Shown here one piece after another: positions 1 to 11,397 of a stretch of 64,000 nucleotides of DNA. The stretch comes from a virus: the IMG/VR virus record IMGVR_UViG_3300022927_000008, positions 1 through 64,000 of that record. One strand, given 5' to 3'. The translations under genes and the position numbers were made by a program. Below the pieces are notes generated by a model that searched no databases, had not been told where the DNA came from, and saw only the letters and a list, made by a program, of their open reading frames with translations. Every line of letters begins with the position of its first letter. The stretch's first letter is position 1.

Positions 1-304
1 TATTTTCATATATATTATTTCTAACTGCTCCCGTTACAGTCCCATCAGAATTATATTGAGGAAGATTAACATTACGGATTTTTCCATCTGTGGTATTAAC
101 ATAATTTCCGTAGTATAATTGACGTATAGACTTAAAAAATCTATATTGTTCGGTATCTACACCCGAATCTTCATCTGCTACGAATATGACTGGTTGCCCC
201 TTTGTAATGGTAGTAGGTACAGTTCCTGAGTATGAAAAAGTTTTATGAACTGTAAGAGGACTTACAATTATGTCTTTACCGGTTAATCCTTTTAAGTACC
301 CCAT
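1..304 (-). CDS. virion structural protein (partial, runs off left edge)
   Basis: ATG at 304 reads MGYLKGLTGKDIIVSPLTVHKTF; directly follows the stop of the upstream structural gene. Confidence 0.6.
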   Translation of the reverse strand, partial: MGYLKGLTGKDIIVSPLTVHKTFSYSGTVPTTITKGQPVIFVADEDSGVDTEQYRFFKSIRQLYYGNYVNTTDGKIRNVNLPQYNSDGTVTGAVRNNIYEN

Positions 305-307
305 TCA

Positions 308-1285
308 TTAGAAATCTAACTTAACTCTAACAAGAGCTTCTTTAGTAAAGTCTTTTTTAAGAGGTTTACTTAATTTAGCTACTGCTAGTAAATCATTAGT
401 ATCATTATAAAGACCTACTGTAGTTATAAAAGTTTGAGGGGCATTTATAAAATCACTATAATATACTTCACCTGTAGAGCCGGTTATAAATGAAGGGTTT
501 TCAGAATAATTAAATTCAGAATTTCTAGCTCTTATAAAAACGTAATCAGAAGTTACTTTTTCTTCACTATTTAATGTAAATTGAGCTTGAGCTACAATTT
601 TATCAAATAATTTTTGAGGATTTTCTCCATTAACATTTGTATTTTTATTAGTGCTTAAACTAATTTTAGTATCTAAAGCCTCCGCATCTAATAGTAAAGT
701 ACCAATATCGGGTAGGAATAAACCATAATAAACTGGATCTGTGTCATCTACTGTTCCTGCGGAACCCGATCTTAAATTAAATACTCTTCCTGCTTCATTA
801 AAACTAACTGTGTTAGTAGTAGCACTATCATCTGTGATAGCAAAGCCACTAGCTAATTTTAAGGTTAAAGATCCTGGGAGGATACCACCTTTATATCGAG
901 CTCTATTAACTGATATAGCATAAAAATGTTGAGTCGCTGGGGTAGTACTCCCATATGTAAAAGCGGTGGATTCATCACCTAAAATAATATTTTGGAATTG
1001 TCCATACACTACTGAGGAAGGTGATCTTCCGTCAATATTAGAATCAAATAACAAAGAACCTGACCCTGCTGCGTTTCCATAAGCTATTGCAAATTGTACT
1101 TCTGCATCTGTATTTGCAGATTCTGTTTGGTAAACATTTAAAAAATATTGCCCACTAGTAGCAGCTTCCTGTACTGAAGAGGTATAAAATTCTGTTAATG
1201 TAGGAACATTCCCAGTCCATGCTCCTGCTGTTACAGAATCGGCACTAATTAAAAAATCTTCAGGTTGTAATCTATTAAATGACAT
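308..1285 (-). CDS. tail/baseplate-associated structural protein
   Basis: Ser/Thr/Gly-rich; C-terminal GLYND..LLAVAKLSKPLKK..VRVKLDF as in tail-fibre-base/baseplate proteins; in baseplate operon. Confidence 0.6.
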   Translation of the reverse strand: MSFNRLQPEDFLISADSVTAGAWTGNVPTLTEFYTSSVQEAATSGQYFLNVYQTESANTDAEVQFAIAYGNAAGSGSLLFDSNIDGRSPSSVVYGQFQNIILGDESTAFTYGSTTPATQHFYAISVNRARYKGGILPGSLTLKLASGFAITDDSATTNTVSFNEAGRVFNLRSGSAGTVDDTDPVYYGLFLPDIGTLLLDAEALDTKISLSTNKNTNVNGENPQKLFDKIVAQAQFTLNSEEKVTSDYVFIRARNSEFNYSENPSFITGSTGEVYYSDFINAPQTFITTVGLYNDTNDLLAVAKLSKPLKKDFTKEALVRVKLDF

Positions 1286-1288
1286 CTA

Positions 1289-1945
1289 TTATGCGCTTGT
1301 TTTTGTGATTGTTACAGGTATTGTTACCCTAGCACCACTATCTCTTCCAACTATTAATATACTAGTTTGTAGTGAACTATTAGAACCAAATAATGTGTTA
1401 ACAGTAGTGGCTGTTAAGTTAATAGTAGATCCTATTACTGTTTTAGATACACTTGTACCATAAGTTTGAGTTGAATTGGTTCCTTCACTATTACCTTCTA
1501 CACCTACCCCATTGTATGTACTTAAAGTTCTAATATCCGCGATGGTAGCTGAGTATCCGCTACTTTCAAATACTTGATTATTTCCTAAGTAATTTAAGGT
1601 TTGGGGAGTAATTGCTAATGAAGATCCTTGTTTTAATACAATGGTAGAAAATCCTGCATCTAATACAGGCATTTTAGCTGTACCTCTAGGAAGGGTAACT
1701 AATTTATATCTTAAATTTTGAGTAGAGTCTGGGAAGGCTTCTAATAAAGGCATATTTTCAATAGCTTGCCCAAAAAAAGCACTTCCTGAGGGGTGAGATG
1801 GGTTATATAAGGTATAATCTACTTCATCATCTGCTAAAGCAAATTGAGTAATTTTAAAGGAACCGTCTCCCCTTGCTAAAAGTTCTCTACCTTTAGTTGT
1901 AAGTATAGCATCTACTGTTACTACTGCATTATTTAAGTATCCCAT
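1289..1945 (-). CDS. tail/baseplate-associated structural protein
   Basis: N-terminal DAILTTKGRELLA..KITQFALADDEVDY; upstream ATATTTAT motif. Confidence 0.6.
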   Translation of the reverse strand: MGYLNNAVVTVDAILTTKGRELLARGDGSFKITQFALADDEVDYTLYNPSHPSGSAFFGQAIENMPLLEAFPDSTQNLRYKLVTLPRGTAKMPVLDAGFSTIVLKQGSSLAITPQTLNYLGNNQVFESSGYSATIADIRTLSTYNGVGVEGNSEGTNSTQTYGTSVSKTVIGSTINLTATTVNTLFGSNSSLQTSILIVGRDSGARVTIPVTITKTSA

Positions 1946-1980
1946 AGTGTTTTAAAATATATTAATAAATATTGATAAAT

Positions 1981-3531
1981 TTATTTTTCTATAATATTTG
2001 CTTGTTTTAATTCGTAAATTAATCTATCTCCTCGTTCTTTTAAGGCTTCTGAGGGGTATTGGGGTAAAATAATTCCTGAGAATGGTTGGAATTCATTTAC
2101 CTCGTTGTTTTTTTCTACATTAGCTATTAAATATCCTCCATTTTTTACTATTCTATAGTGAGTAAAATGATCCACTACACTTTGACTTGTTATATAAGGG
2201 GATAAGGTAAGGTAATAACGTCCATCATCTCCAATAGCTGTTTCTATAATTTTATGGACTTTATTTTTATTATATTCAAATCTCATTTCATCCCCTACCT
2301 CAAAAGTAAAAGGAGTGGTAATAGGATTAAAAGTAGAATCAGTCTCTGTAGGATCCCAAGAAGCAGCATCAGGATGTAATCTAAAAGTAAATCCACCCTG
2401 TGCAAAAGTTGAAAGTTGGGCTGATGCTGTTAAAATAGAGAATCCACCTTGGTTGTTTAATACACTTCCTGTGTTTGAAGAGTAATAAGGTTCAAAATAT
2501 GGTGAAAAAGTAGCATTTATTCCTTCAATAAGTACATCTCCTGGAGCATATTCTTGTATTGATCTAAAATCTCCATATTTCACAAAAAATCCTACAGAAT
2601 AACCTTCAGATGGTGAATCTGAGGCTATTTGTACTTTTACCTCATCCCCACTTAAAAAATTATTAAAAGGAGTTTCTATAGGAATAGCTATCCAAGTAGT
2701 ATTATCTGAAGTGGTGGATGTAGTAACCTCTTTGTACACCTCATCATTTACTACAATTCTTATTCTAAATGTAACGGGTGTAACTATATTGACAGAGGTA
2801 GGATCTATTTGTATATAAACATTACTACGAAATTTTAATCTAGTTCCTGCAGTATATGTATCACTTACTAAGGTATAGGCTATATTATCATATTCAATCC
2901 AATCATATCCCCCACCATCAGACTGAGAAATTGGGATAGAAGGGTATGAGAAGGTTATATCTTGGAATGTAGAATTAAATTGACTCGTATTATCACTAAG
3001 AGATGCGGTAAATCTACTAGTAAGATTTTGGGCATCAGTAATAATATCTTGTCCTTGAGTATTTGAAAAACTAGCAGTACTAGCATAAGCTGAAGGCGAA
3101 GAACCTGTTTCAGTAGTAGAAATTAAAGTTAAAGTCCCTACATCATATATGGTTTGTTCTCCTGATAGGTTTTGATTTAATACTGTGGCATTATCTGCTC
3201 TAATGACAGCTGTTTTTCCTTTACCAAAATTTTGAGTAACGTTTAAAGCTGATACTGAATCAACAGATGGTTTTGAGGTCCCTAACTCAGAATCTACTAA
3301 ATATGTTATTCTAAATTGAGTTTTGTCTATAAGCTCAGGGCCTGCATCCCCTGCTTCGTCAAATACTGCAAAATATTCTTGGGTTTGCTCAATAACAGGT
3401 AATCCCCCTAATACTCCTCCTAAATCTAACCCTGTCTCAGCTTCTAATTGAGATTGGATATTACCTGGGTTAGGGGGAGGGGGGAAATAAGGAAATTGAC
3501 CTGAATCTGCTCCTGTTAACTTTTTAGCCAT
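1981..3531 (-). CDS. putative virion structural protein
   Basis: 516 aa, S/T-rich, inside baseplate operon. Confidence 0.5.
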   Translation of the reverse strand: MAKKLTGADSGQFPYFPPPPNPGNIQSQLEAETGLDLGGVLGGLPVIEQTQEYFAVFDEAGDAGPELIDKTQFRITYLVDSELGTSKPSVDSVSALNVTQNFGKGKTAVIRADNATVLNQNLSGEQTIYDVGTLTLISTTETGSSPSAYASTASFSNTQGQDIITDAQNLTSRFTASLSDNTSQFNSTFQDITFSYPSIPISQSDGGGYDWIEYDNIAYTLVSDTYTAGTRLKFRSNVYIQIDPTSVNIVTPVTFRIRIVVNDEVYKEVTTSTTSDNTTWIAIPIETPFNNFLSGDEVKVQIASDSPSEGYSVGFFVKYGDFRSIQEYAPGDVLIEGINATFSPYFEPYYSSNTGSVLNNQGGFSILTASAQLSTFAQGGFTFRLHPDAASWDPTETDSTFNPITTPFTFEVGDEMRFEYNKNKVHKIIETAIGDDGRYYLTLSPYITSQSVVDHFTHYRIVKNGGYLIANVEKNNEVNEFQPFSGIILPQYPSEALKERGDRLIYELKQANIIEK

Positions 3532-3534
3532 CTT

Positions 3535-6500
3535 TTATTCTTTAAAACCTTGAATGTTAAATCCAACAGAACTTACTTTAGTTCCCTTATACCTACCATT
3601 AGTCCATGAAGTAGAACTATAATTTGAGTCTTGTACTGGGGCTTTCACTGCGTTTCCTTCTATTATTTGATCCAAGTTAACAGGGGTTAATATTCCATTC
3701 CCTTGGGGACTTGATGAATAATCTATATCCATAAATACACTAGATTCTCTATTACGCGATACGTTATTTAAAATTGGTGAATCACTTAGTAAAGTAGTAT
3801 TAGTTACTAAATCTTCATTGTATATTACTTTAGAATTAAAGGTAACATCATTAAGAACTCCATTTATAAAATCACTTGGGAGATCTTGTAGTGGGTAGGG
3901 CTCAACGGTTATTGAATAAAAATTCCCCCCAGACCCAAAGTTATAGACAGCAGGACCTGTAGATATAAATGTGGCTGTTCCTGGATAATCTCCTAAAGTT
4001 TGTATTGTAATAGGGGTACCGTTAGTAATATTGTTATAATAATTTGATCTATCTTCAGTATTACTATCATATTTTCCAATTTTAAAACTATCTAAAGTAG
4101 AATTACCGTCTGTATAATATCTTATCTGTCCATTAGAGGTTATTTGTCCATATACATTTGCCTTAGTATTATCGTAAGGAGCTACAAAACTACCATTAGT
4201 TCCCTTTTCCCTTATATCTATAGTATTTAAATTACCATCAGTTACAGTAACCTTACTACCCCCTAATTCACCATTATAAAATTCTTCTTGTGTATCACGT
4301 GTTTCTTTTAAATTACCTACTTTGGTTATAAGAGTTTCTTGCCAACTTTGGGAAACAAATGAAGTAGGTACCATAGGACCTGGGGGGTAAGGTTTACTTC
4401 CTGTAATTAAATTACCTAAAGAATCAAATTGACTACCACTCCAATAATAATTTAAACCATTTACAGCATTAAATACCCCACCACCACCACCTTCAATTTG
4501 TCCTATTGTAGGTACAGTTGCTTCATAACTGTGAGAAGTTATACTAACTAAAGCTGGGTTGTGTTTGTTTCTTTCTAGTAAGTGTTGTTTAATAATAATC
4601 CCTGATGCTAAGCTGGATCTGGCAGGAGTAAAATCTTTAATCATTTTAAATAGAGAACTATCAAAATATTTTATTAATCTTACAAAATCTTTCCAATCAT
4701 AAGGAGCAGAGTATTTTTGGAAATAACTTTCTGCTTCTTTATTTAGTGCTAGATATGAAGTTTCACCTGCTACTTCAAATTTGCTAGGATCTCCTATATA
4801 CGAACCTAAATCAAAGTTATTATTATAAGTAGCAGCTATATCATCATTAATTTCATTTTGAGGAGAAAATCCTACTTCCATATAATGAACATCAGGAACT
4901 TCTTTTGTAGTATTTAGTGCTTTTTGTTGTATACTACTTATGTTACTTAGGGTAGTACCTGTAATAATGGGGTTATTTTCTTCAATTTTATAGGAAACTC
5001 TATTTTTAATACCTACAACAGGTTCTTTATAATAAACAAATTCATTATTTTCAATAAAAGTGGGTAGGTTTTGAGGGGGGTAATTATAAACCTGATCACC
5101 AGCACTGGCAAATGAAAGGTATTTAAAAGAACCCGCTCCTCCAGCAATCACTCCTTCGGGGTCTCCTGATCCCGTTGTAGATCGGGGATGAATAGATACA
5201 TATGAAGGATCTGTAGAATTAGCTGTGGTATTTAAATCTGATCCTAAGGGGGCCCTAAAAGCTAAATTATCTAATCCTGTATCTAAGGAAAAGGGATTCA
5301 TTATAAGATTATCTACCTCTTCCCCACTTAAGACATCTTTATAAAATCTTAATTCTTGGAATATAAATTTTCCATTATTAGTAGAGGCATTTCCATATAT
5401 TTCTGTAGTATCTCCTGAAATTACATTAGAACCCGCATTACTATTAATTTTATATACGCGTTTAAATCCATCATTACCATGATTTGTGCTGCTTCCCACC
5501 ACAGCTATATTTTTATTTAAAATTCCTATAGTCCACCACTCCCCATTAAAAAATGGAGCCTTTATTCCTGCTTGCCCATTACCTATATCAAGTGTTCCCC
5601 TATATGTAGTCCAACTTCCTGAAGGTATAGATCCATCATAACTCCCACTGTTCTCAGCATTACCTGTATATCTTAATGTGATATCATTACCAAAATTTGC
5701 AAGTATGTGGTCTGTATTATTGGGGGGCAGTGAACCTGAGATCCATTTTGTTCTAAAAAATACTCCATTAGGTACCCCACCTCCCCATTTAGGATGTAAT
5801 GTAAGCTTTGTTTGGAATCGACCCTTAGTCATCCCAAAATTAGAAACTTCTTCAAATGTTTTCCATCTAGTACTATCACTTTTATAACCTCCAAATTCGG
5901 ATACTCTTAAAATTGCCTCAGGTATACCAAAAGTATTAATTAAAGCTCTTAAACCTTCAACAGATCCTTTCTTTTTAAGTAAAAAAGGAAGATTATGGAA
6001 TATACGTTTATAAACCCCTTTTACAGCATCTTCTTTTGGTTCAGGATCTGCTATATCTATAGTAGTAGTATTTATTTCTCCACTTCCTGAAATGATACCT
6101 GTACCTCCTTCTGAGTTAACAGTTGTTAAAGCAGATGTTAAATCTAAGTCTGATATATTATTTTGATAAACATTTATACCCATAGAGGTAAGGGCATCTC
6201 TTACAGCATCTTTAGATATACCCCTATCTAATCTATTATCACCATCATATCTATTAGAAATATCTTTTATATAAACCCAAATGTTATCAAAATGTTGACC
6301 CACCATATCCATGAACAATAGATATGAAGCATTTCTCTCATCAGATTGAACATATTCAGGTAAACTACTAACTAATCTATCAACACTTTCATTATCATAA
6401 TTAGAGGCTGAAAGGATTTGAGTGTTTAGCCATGAAAGGGCATCTGCACTTCCTGTTCCTGCTAAAGTATAGGTTGGAGTTGAATTAGTTTTAGGATAGA

Positions 6501-7587
6501 TATTTGAAGAACCTGATGAGTAATATTGGTATCTTTCGTATCCATCAAAATTTTCTTTTATTTGGCGTATTTGTTGTTCTAATACGACTGTACTAGAGGA
6601 TATACTAGTGTTTGATAATGAATCTAAAATAGATATTTCATTTTCATACCCCTCAATTAATCCCACTTTGTAATAAAAATTCCTAACCCTTTCTTCTGCT
6701 GAGCTAAAATATACAAAATTGTTAAAGTCACTGTAGTCTATATTTACCTTTATACCTTTGTTATTTAATAAGGCTTGTATTTCATCATATGATGATGATA
6801 AACTAATATTTAAGATATCATTAGAAGATTTATAAATCGTGTCATTATTAGATTTATCTGCTACATTAATATTAAAATTAGGAGCTCCTATTTTTTTGGG
6901 TTGGGGTTTTGGAAAAACTTTAGGCTCAAACCTAATACTATATGAAACTTCATCTGCAGTTTGTAAAGATACTGTTAAAGAATCTTTTATTTCTATTTGC
7001 TCTGGAAGTGCTTCATATAGTTTTACTAAAATTGAATATTGTTGAGTATTAGTAGTGTCTAATAATATATTATTAGCTATTGAAATAATATTATTTCCTA
7101 AATCTAATCTAAAATCTTCAAAGTAAGGAGAATCATTTAAATCATTTAAAAAAACTAAAACCCCTTCTTGTAGTTCTTCATTAGTTAAATTATTGCTAAC
7201 TATTCTAACTTCTGTCCTATCTGAAGATATTTGAGTTATAAAAAATGGGGATTCTAAAGAAGAAGATATTTCATCTCGTAAGAAGTTATAATATACTGTA
7301 TAATTACCCTGATCATATCCTTCTCTTTTTAAATCTTCTTCAGGATCTACAGTTACCGTGGATACTGAATTGGTTACATTATTATAGTTTAGAATTACCC
7401 TATAATTGGTGTATTGTGGATTAAAGTGTCTTAATAAACCTTGCTCATCATATATGGACAATTCCACCCTATCAGTTTTTGGGTTAAATTGTGAAACTGA
7501 ATCAAAGGCAGGGATTAAGGAAAGGTCTTTGCTGGTGTAACTTTCTACTACATCTCCTGTTATTTTATTTAAAGTTACCTCAGCCAT
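3535..7587 (-). CDS. large baseplate wedge-like protein
   Basis: 1350 aa; LLKKKGSVEGLRALINTFG resembles the P2 gpI/T4 gp7-type wedge motif; downstream of gp6-like gene. Confidence 0.55.
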   Translation of the reverse strand: MAEVTLNKITGDVVESYTSKDLSLIPAFDSVSQFNPKTDRVELSIYDEQGLLRHFNPQYTNYRVILNYNNVTNSVSTVTVDPEEDLKREGYDQGNYTVYYNFLRDEISSSLESPFFITQISSDRTEVRIVSNNLTNEELQEGVLVFLNDLNDSPYFEDFRLDLGNNIISIANNILLDTTNTQQYSILVKLYEALPEQIEIKDSLTVSLQTADEVSYSIRFEPKVFPKPQPKKIGAPNFNINVADKSNNDTIYKSSNDILNISLSSSYDEIQALLNNKGIKVNIDYSDFNNFVYFSSAEERVRNFYYKVGLIEGYENEISILDSLSNTSISSSTVVLEQQIRQIKENFDGYERYQYYSSGSSNIYPKTNSTPTYTLAGTGSADALSWLNTQILSASNYDNESVDRLVSSLPEYVQSDERNASYLLFMDMVGQHFDNIWVYIKDISNRYDGDNRLDRGISKDAVRDALTSMGINVYQNNISDLDLTSALTTVNSEGGTGIISGSGEINTTTIDIADPEPKEDAVKGVYKRIFHNLPFLLKKKGSVEGLRALINTFGIPEAILRVSEFGGYKSDSTRWKTFEEVSNFGMTKGRFQTKLTLHPKWGGGVPNGVFFRTKWISGSLPPNNTDHILANFGNDITLRYTGNAENSGSYDGSIPSGSWTTYRGTLDIGNGQAGIKAPFFNGEWWTIGILNKNIAVVGSSTNHGNDGFKRVYKINSNAGSNVISGDTTEIYGNASTNNGKFIFQELRFYKDVLSGEEVDNLIMNPFSLDTGLDNLAFRAPLGSDLNTTANSTDPSYVSIHPRSTTGSGDPEGVIAGGAGSFKYLSFASAGDQVYNYPPQNLPTFIENNEFVYYKEPVVGIKNRVSYKIEENNPIITGTTLSNISSIQQKALNTTKEVPDVHYMEVGFSPQNEINDDIAATYNNNFDLGSYIGDPSKFEVAGETSYLALNKEAESYFQKYSAPYDWKDFVRLIKYFDSSLFKMIKDFTPARSSLASGIIIKQHLLERNKHNPALVSITSHSYEATVPTIGQIEGGGGGVFNAVNGLNYYWSGSQFDSLGNLITGSKPYPPGPMVPTSFVSQSWQETLITKVGNLKETRDTQEEFYNGELGGSKVTVTDGNLNTIDIREKGTNGSFVAPYDNTKANVYGQITSNGQIRYYTDGNSTLDSFKIGKYDSNTEDRSNYYNNITNGTPITIQTLGDYPGTATFISTGPAVYNFGSGGNFYSITVEPYPLQDLPSDFINGVLNDVTFNSKVIYNEDLVTNTTLLSDSPILNNVSRNRESSVFMDIDYSSSPQGNGILTPVNLDQIIEGNAVKAPVQDSNYSSTSWTNGRYKGTKVSSVGFNIQGFKE

Positions 7588-7948
7588 TAGTATTATTTTG
7601 TGTTGCCTCTAATTGTGCTATTTGAAGATCTGCTAATTCTTTTTGAGTTGCTAACAAATCAGTTCTTAAAGAAGATATTTCAGCATATAAAGCATCTAAT
7701 TCCTCATTAGTTTGCTCGTCTCCTACATACTCAGTACTTTTTTGAATTAAAACATTATGAGAATTTACACCTGTTTTGGGTATTTCAAAAAATAAATTAT
7801 CATATGCTACAAAAAATTCCTCAATAGTTAAAGTATTATCTTCTTCTACGGGTTGGGGTGGGAGTAATTCTTTAAAAGAAGTATCTATAGTTTTAGTATA
7901 CTTAGTTTTATCAAATACTGTTTTATTTAATTCTACCCTTGTACTCAT
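7580..7948 (-). CDS. hypothetical protein with C-terminal coiled coil
   Basis: ORF overlapping neighbours' start/stop; heptad-like C-terminus. Confidence 0.5.
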   Translation of the reverse strand: MSTRVELNKTVFDKTKYTKTIDTSFKELLPPQPVEEDNTLTIEEFFVAYDNLFFEIPKTGVNSHNVLIQKSTEYVGDEQTNEELDALYAEISSLRTDLLATQKELADLQIAQLEATQNNTNG

Positions 7949-9093
7949 CCATTTATAACTTTAAAATAATAATTATCATCTAAAATTAAAACTTGATTAT
8001 CTATAGGAACTTTTAACATTATTTGATAGTACCTCTCAGGTTCTAATCCATTCATATACACATCAAAATAACTACTAGTGGCATCAGCACTTACTCTAGT
8101 ATAAATATCATCGAAACCTACTACAAATTCATTAGTATCTAAATCTTTTATAGCATATGATGAAGATATTGGTAAGTAATGTTGAGTAGTATAAATAGAA
8201 GAAGTTTGGTAAGTTCTTGGGGGGAATTTAGGTCTACAATTTATTTTAAATCTGTGTATACTTTCCCTTCTAAATTCCCCAGGATTATTGTCTAGTGTTG
8301 CTACTAAATCGTGAGTATTAATTATAGGTATAGAGGAAGAAGCAGTAGCAAATAAATGATCTTTCCATTTAAATTCTAATTCTGGGGGGTATATAGTATT
8401 AGTATCAATAGAATAATACTTTATAGTAGCCTGTTTATAAAGTCCCCCTGCTTCATCAGTTTTACTTTGTTTTACAATAAATCCATTATTATCAAAACCA
8501 TTACTAGTTAAACCTTTAGATTGGCTATACCAAGTCTTAAAAATATCAGTAACATTAACATTTAAGTCTTTATTACTAGTATAATTATAAGTTTGGGTAG
8601 GAGTTATATTTAACCCTAAGGCCGATCCTGTATACCAAGTGCCTCCTCCTGCTACATTACCATATGATCCTGTTACATTAGGACCCCATCCTGAGGTTTC
8701 CCAAGCGTCTGATCCTGAATAAGACCTATAAACCCACCCACACCCATTGCTTACTTCAGGTGTATCATTATAATGGCCTGTCCCCATATTCCACTCTTTA
8801 GATACGGGAAATACTTCTACTGTGGTACTTGTGTTTAAATTTTCAACAACAGCTATATAACACTTTAGATTGACTTGTATATTTTCAAAAGAACTACCTG
8901 TACCATAAGAAGAACTAATAGTAGTATCTACTAAGGAGTTAATTTCATCCTGGGAAAATTGCACAAGGTATCTACTTAATTCGCCATTTACATCTGTACT
9001 AGTTTCTATAATAGAATCTAATCCTGTGTTTTTAACAGGATATTTAGAATATATAGTAGTGTCTTTAGTAGGGAATAATTTATATACAGCCAT
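7945..9093 (-). CDS. virion structural protein, DNRLRE-like beta-sandwich
   Basis: KDTTIYS..NTG..SRYLVQF..W.MGTG..NNGFIVK..PPELEFKW pattern; baseplate operon. Confidence 0.5.
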   Translation of the reverse strand: MAVYKLFPTKDTTIYSKYPVKNTGLDSIIETSTDVNGELSRYLVQFSQDEINSLVDTTISSSYGTGSSFENIQVNLKCYIAVVENLNTSTTVEVFPVSKEWNMGTGHYNDTPEVSNGCGWVYRSYSGSDAWETSGWGPNVTGSYGNVAGGGTWYTGSALGLNITPTQTYNYTSNKDLNVNVTDIFKTWYSQSKGLTSNGFDNNGFIVKQSKTDEAGGLYKQATIKYYSIDTNTIYPPELEFKWKDHLFATASSSIPIINTHDLVATLDNNPGEFRRESIHRFKINCRPKFPPRTYQTSSIYTTQHYLPISSSYAIKDLDTNEFVVGFDDIYTRVSADATSSYFDVYMNGLEPERYYQIMLKVPIDNQVLILDDNYYFKVING

Positions 9094-9094
9094 A

Positions 9095-10975
9095 TTAGAA
9101 TGTTGTTACTCTGCCTCTTATATCAGAATTAGGAAATTTAACTTCGAAAATAGAAGGATCTACTGAGGGATAAATAACATTATTTAATGTAGCTCCTGGT
9201 ATGTCATATCCATATTGGGAATAATTGCCCCCTGTTTTGTTTGATATATTAATATTACCAACTGTTTGTACTCCTTCTACCTGATCTAATAAAATAAATA
9301 ATTCTTTAAGAAGGATAGGTTGGTTTATTTGTATATTTTTTATATTAAAATAGGATTTTAGTTGTGTTATACATTTTGAAATTACCTCATTACTATTATA
9401 ATTAGGGTATGTAATAATATCAAAATCAACCCCTATATTAACAATATAAGCATCTGATAATTTTATAGAATCGTTAGCACTTCTATACTGAGACAAATAA
9501 GTAGTAAGATTTTGTTTTAAAGCATCAGTAGCAGTTGTTAACTGGCCTTCCCCATTATAAGCTGCTATATATAAATTTAAAGTTTTTATACTCTCCCCAG
9601 GAGATAAAGAACTAAGCTTTGTAGGTTCTATATAAGCTTTAGCAATAGTACCATATTCTGGGGGTAAGCTTAGTGCTCTTATTAAATAATCTTCTTGAGT
9701 TACTGTTCGTAGTTGCCCCCCAAAAGTACCTAATGAATTATTTCTTAGTTCTTCAATGTTATCTCCATCATCACCCCCACTTGCCCCTCCAGGGTTGGTT
9801 GCAAAGAATGAGTTAAATATGTCTTGTGCTAGGTTATTAGTATTATCTAAATCTGCTTGTTGAAATTGTATATCTCCCGTTACACTGTTTAATACATTAG
9901 ATTCTACATTAGAAGATACTCCCCCTCCTACTAAATATCTAACAGTTAGTGTAGTATTTTTTGGGGCTATACCGTAAGTTTTAGTATATAAAAAATTAGT
10001 AGGATTAAAAGCTGTTTGTAACTTGTCTTTACCATAGGGCAATCCTATACCTACATTTGTAGGATTAGGCACAAACACAGCATCCGAATCATTTTGGGTT
10101 CCTGCTCCAAATTGTATATCTAGTTGGGTTTTAGATTTAAAGCGAGTAACATACCTTCTAGGTACTTTTTTCAATTTGAGTAAATATGGTACTTCACTAT
10201 TATCAAGTGATAGATTTGGATTAGGCCCAAATTTATCTCCTTCATTTTGAACATTTTTTAACGTTTCAAATACTGTTTCTTGAGCTAAATAGGGTACTTC
10301 AGTCCACTTATTACCATCACTATCTGTAATGTCTAATACTCCTACGATATTGGCTCCGTTAATAGTTACTGTGGAAAATCTTTGAGCATCTCCTGTGAAA
10401 GAGAAAGTTGTAGTATTAATAGTAGCGGATATAGCTTTTCTAGATTTTTTTAACAAAAACCTTTCAGCGTTTGCACCATCAACCGTATACACAGTAATTT
10501 CTGTGGGATCCATTGAAGATGACACCGTAAAATCAATAGAATCTTGTACTAAAAATTTAGTACTATTCCCTAAAGTAGAAGAAACTACAGCATTTTCTTT
10601 TATTTTAAGAGCATACCTCCAATCTGGTTGGTAGGTACCATTTGTTAGTCTAGCAGGGATTTGTTGATAAAAATCAACATCTACTGTGGCTACACCTGTT
10701 GCTTTAGGTTTATAACCCATCATATATGCTAAATCATACAAGTTAGGTTCTTGACGGGCGTATTGTAAAAATGTTTCTTGAACTTGGTTATCAATATAAA
10801 AGGACAGTACATCTCCTACATAAGAAGCCATTTCAATAAACATTGATCCTGGAGAATTAGCACTAAAATCATTATAAGTGTTGGGAAAATAGGTTTTAGA
10901 AAATTCTATTAACCCCCTTCTAAGAGTATCAAAATCTCTGTTTATATATTTTATATCTTTATTTGTGTTAGCCAT
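9095..10975 (-). CDS. baseplate wedge subunit (T4 gp6 / Baseplate_J-like)
   Basis: RDFDTLR..LIEF..YNDFS..SPGSMFIEMASYVGDVLSFY; VRYLVGGG; RTVTQEDY. Confidence 0.85.
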   Translation of the reverse strand: MANTNKDIKYINRDFDTLRRGLIEFSKTYFPNTYNDFSANSPGSMFIEMASYVGDVLSFYIDNQVQETFLQYARQEPNLYDLAYMMGYKPKATGVATVDVDFYQQIPARLTNGTYQPDWRYALKIKENAVVSSTLGNSTKFLVQDSIDFTVSSSMDPTEITVYTVDGANAERFLLKKSRKAISATINTTTFSFTGDAQRFSTVTINGANIVGVLDITDSDGNKWTEVPYLAQETVFETLKNVQNEGDKFGPNPNLSLDNSEVPYLLKLKKVPRRYVTRFKSKTQLDIQFGAGTQNDSDAVFVPNPTNVGIGLPYGKDKLQTAFNPTNFLYTKTYGIAPKNTTLTVRYLVGGGVSSNVESNVLNSVTGDIQFQQADLDNTNNLAQDIFNSFFATNPGGASGGDDGDNIEELRNNSLGTFGGQLRTVTQEDYLIRALSLPPEYGTIAKAYIEPTKLSSLSPGESIKTLNLYIAAYNGEGQLTTATDALKQNLTTYLSQYRSANDSIKLSDAYIVNIGVDFDIITYPNYNSNEVISKCITQLKSYFNIKNIQINQPILLKELFILLDQVEGVQTVGNINISNKTGGNYSQYGYDIPGATLNNVIYPSVDPSIFEVKFPNSDIRGRVTTF

Positions 10976-11397
10976 TAAGCACTAAAATTTAGTTCAAGAG
11001 TATCATTTTCATTAAAAACCGCGTAAGACATAATAACTTTTAATGTTAACCCATCGGGGTCTCCAAATACTTCTAGTTTCTTCAAATCAACCTCAGGAAA
11101 GTGTGTAAATAAAGAAGCTTTTACAATCTGCTTAACAGTTTCGTAGGTGTTGTCTGTTAATTGATCAAATAAAATATTTTTTAAACCCCCACCATAGTCT
11201 GGGTTTAAAGGTCTTTCTCCAGGGCTAGTATAAAAAAATACTGCTAAGTTAGAATTTATTTGGTCTTTTGTAGTATAATTAACTTTAAAAGGAGTAGATG
11301 AACCTGATACAGCAAATGCTGAGAAAGGGTAAGCAACCCCAACAGCCTTCCTAGGTTGTTTATCTAAAGGGAATATGTTGGTTTGCTTTATAGCCAT
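10975..11397 (-). CDS. baseplate wedge / sheath initiator (T4 gp25-like)
   Basis: TSPGERPLNPDYGGGL..LFD motif of gp25/GPW family; adjacent to gp6-like gene. Confidence 0.85.
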   Translation of the reverse strand: MAIKQTNIFPLDKQPRKAVGVAYPFSAFAVSGSSTPFKVNYTTKDQINSNLAVFFYTSPGERPLNPDYGGGLKNILFDQLTDNTYETVKQIVKASLFTHFPEVDLKKLEVFGDPDGLTLKVIMSYAVFNENDTLELNFSA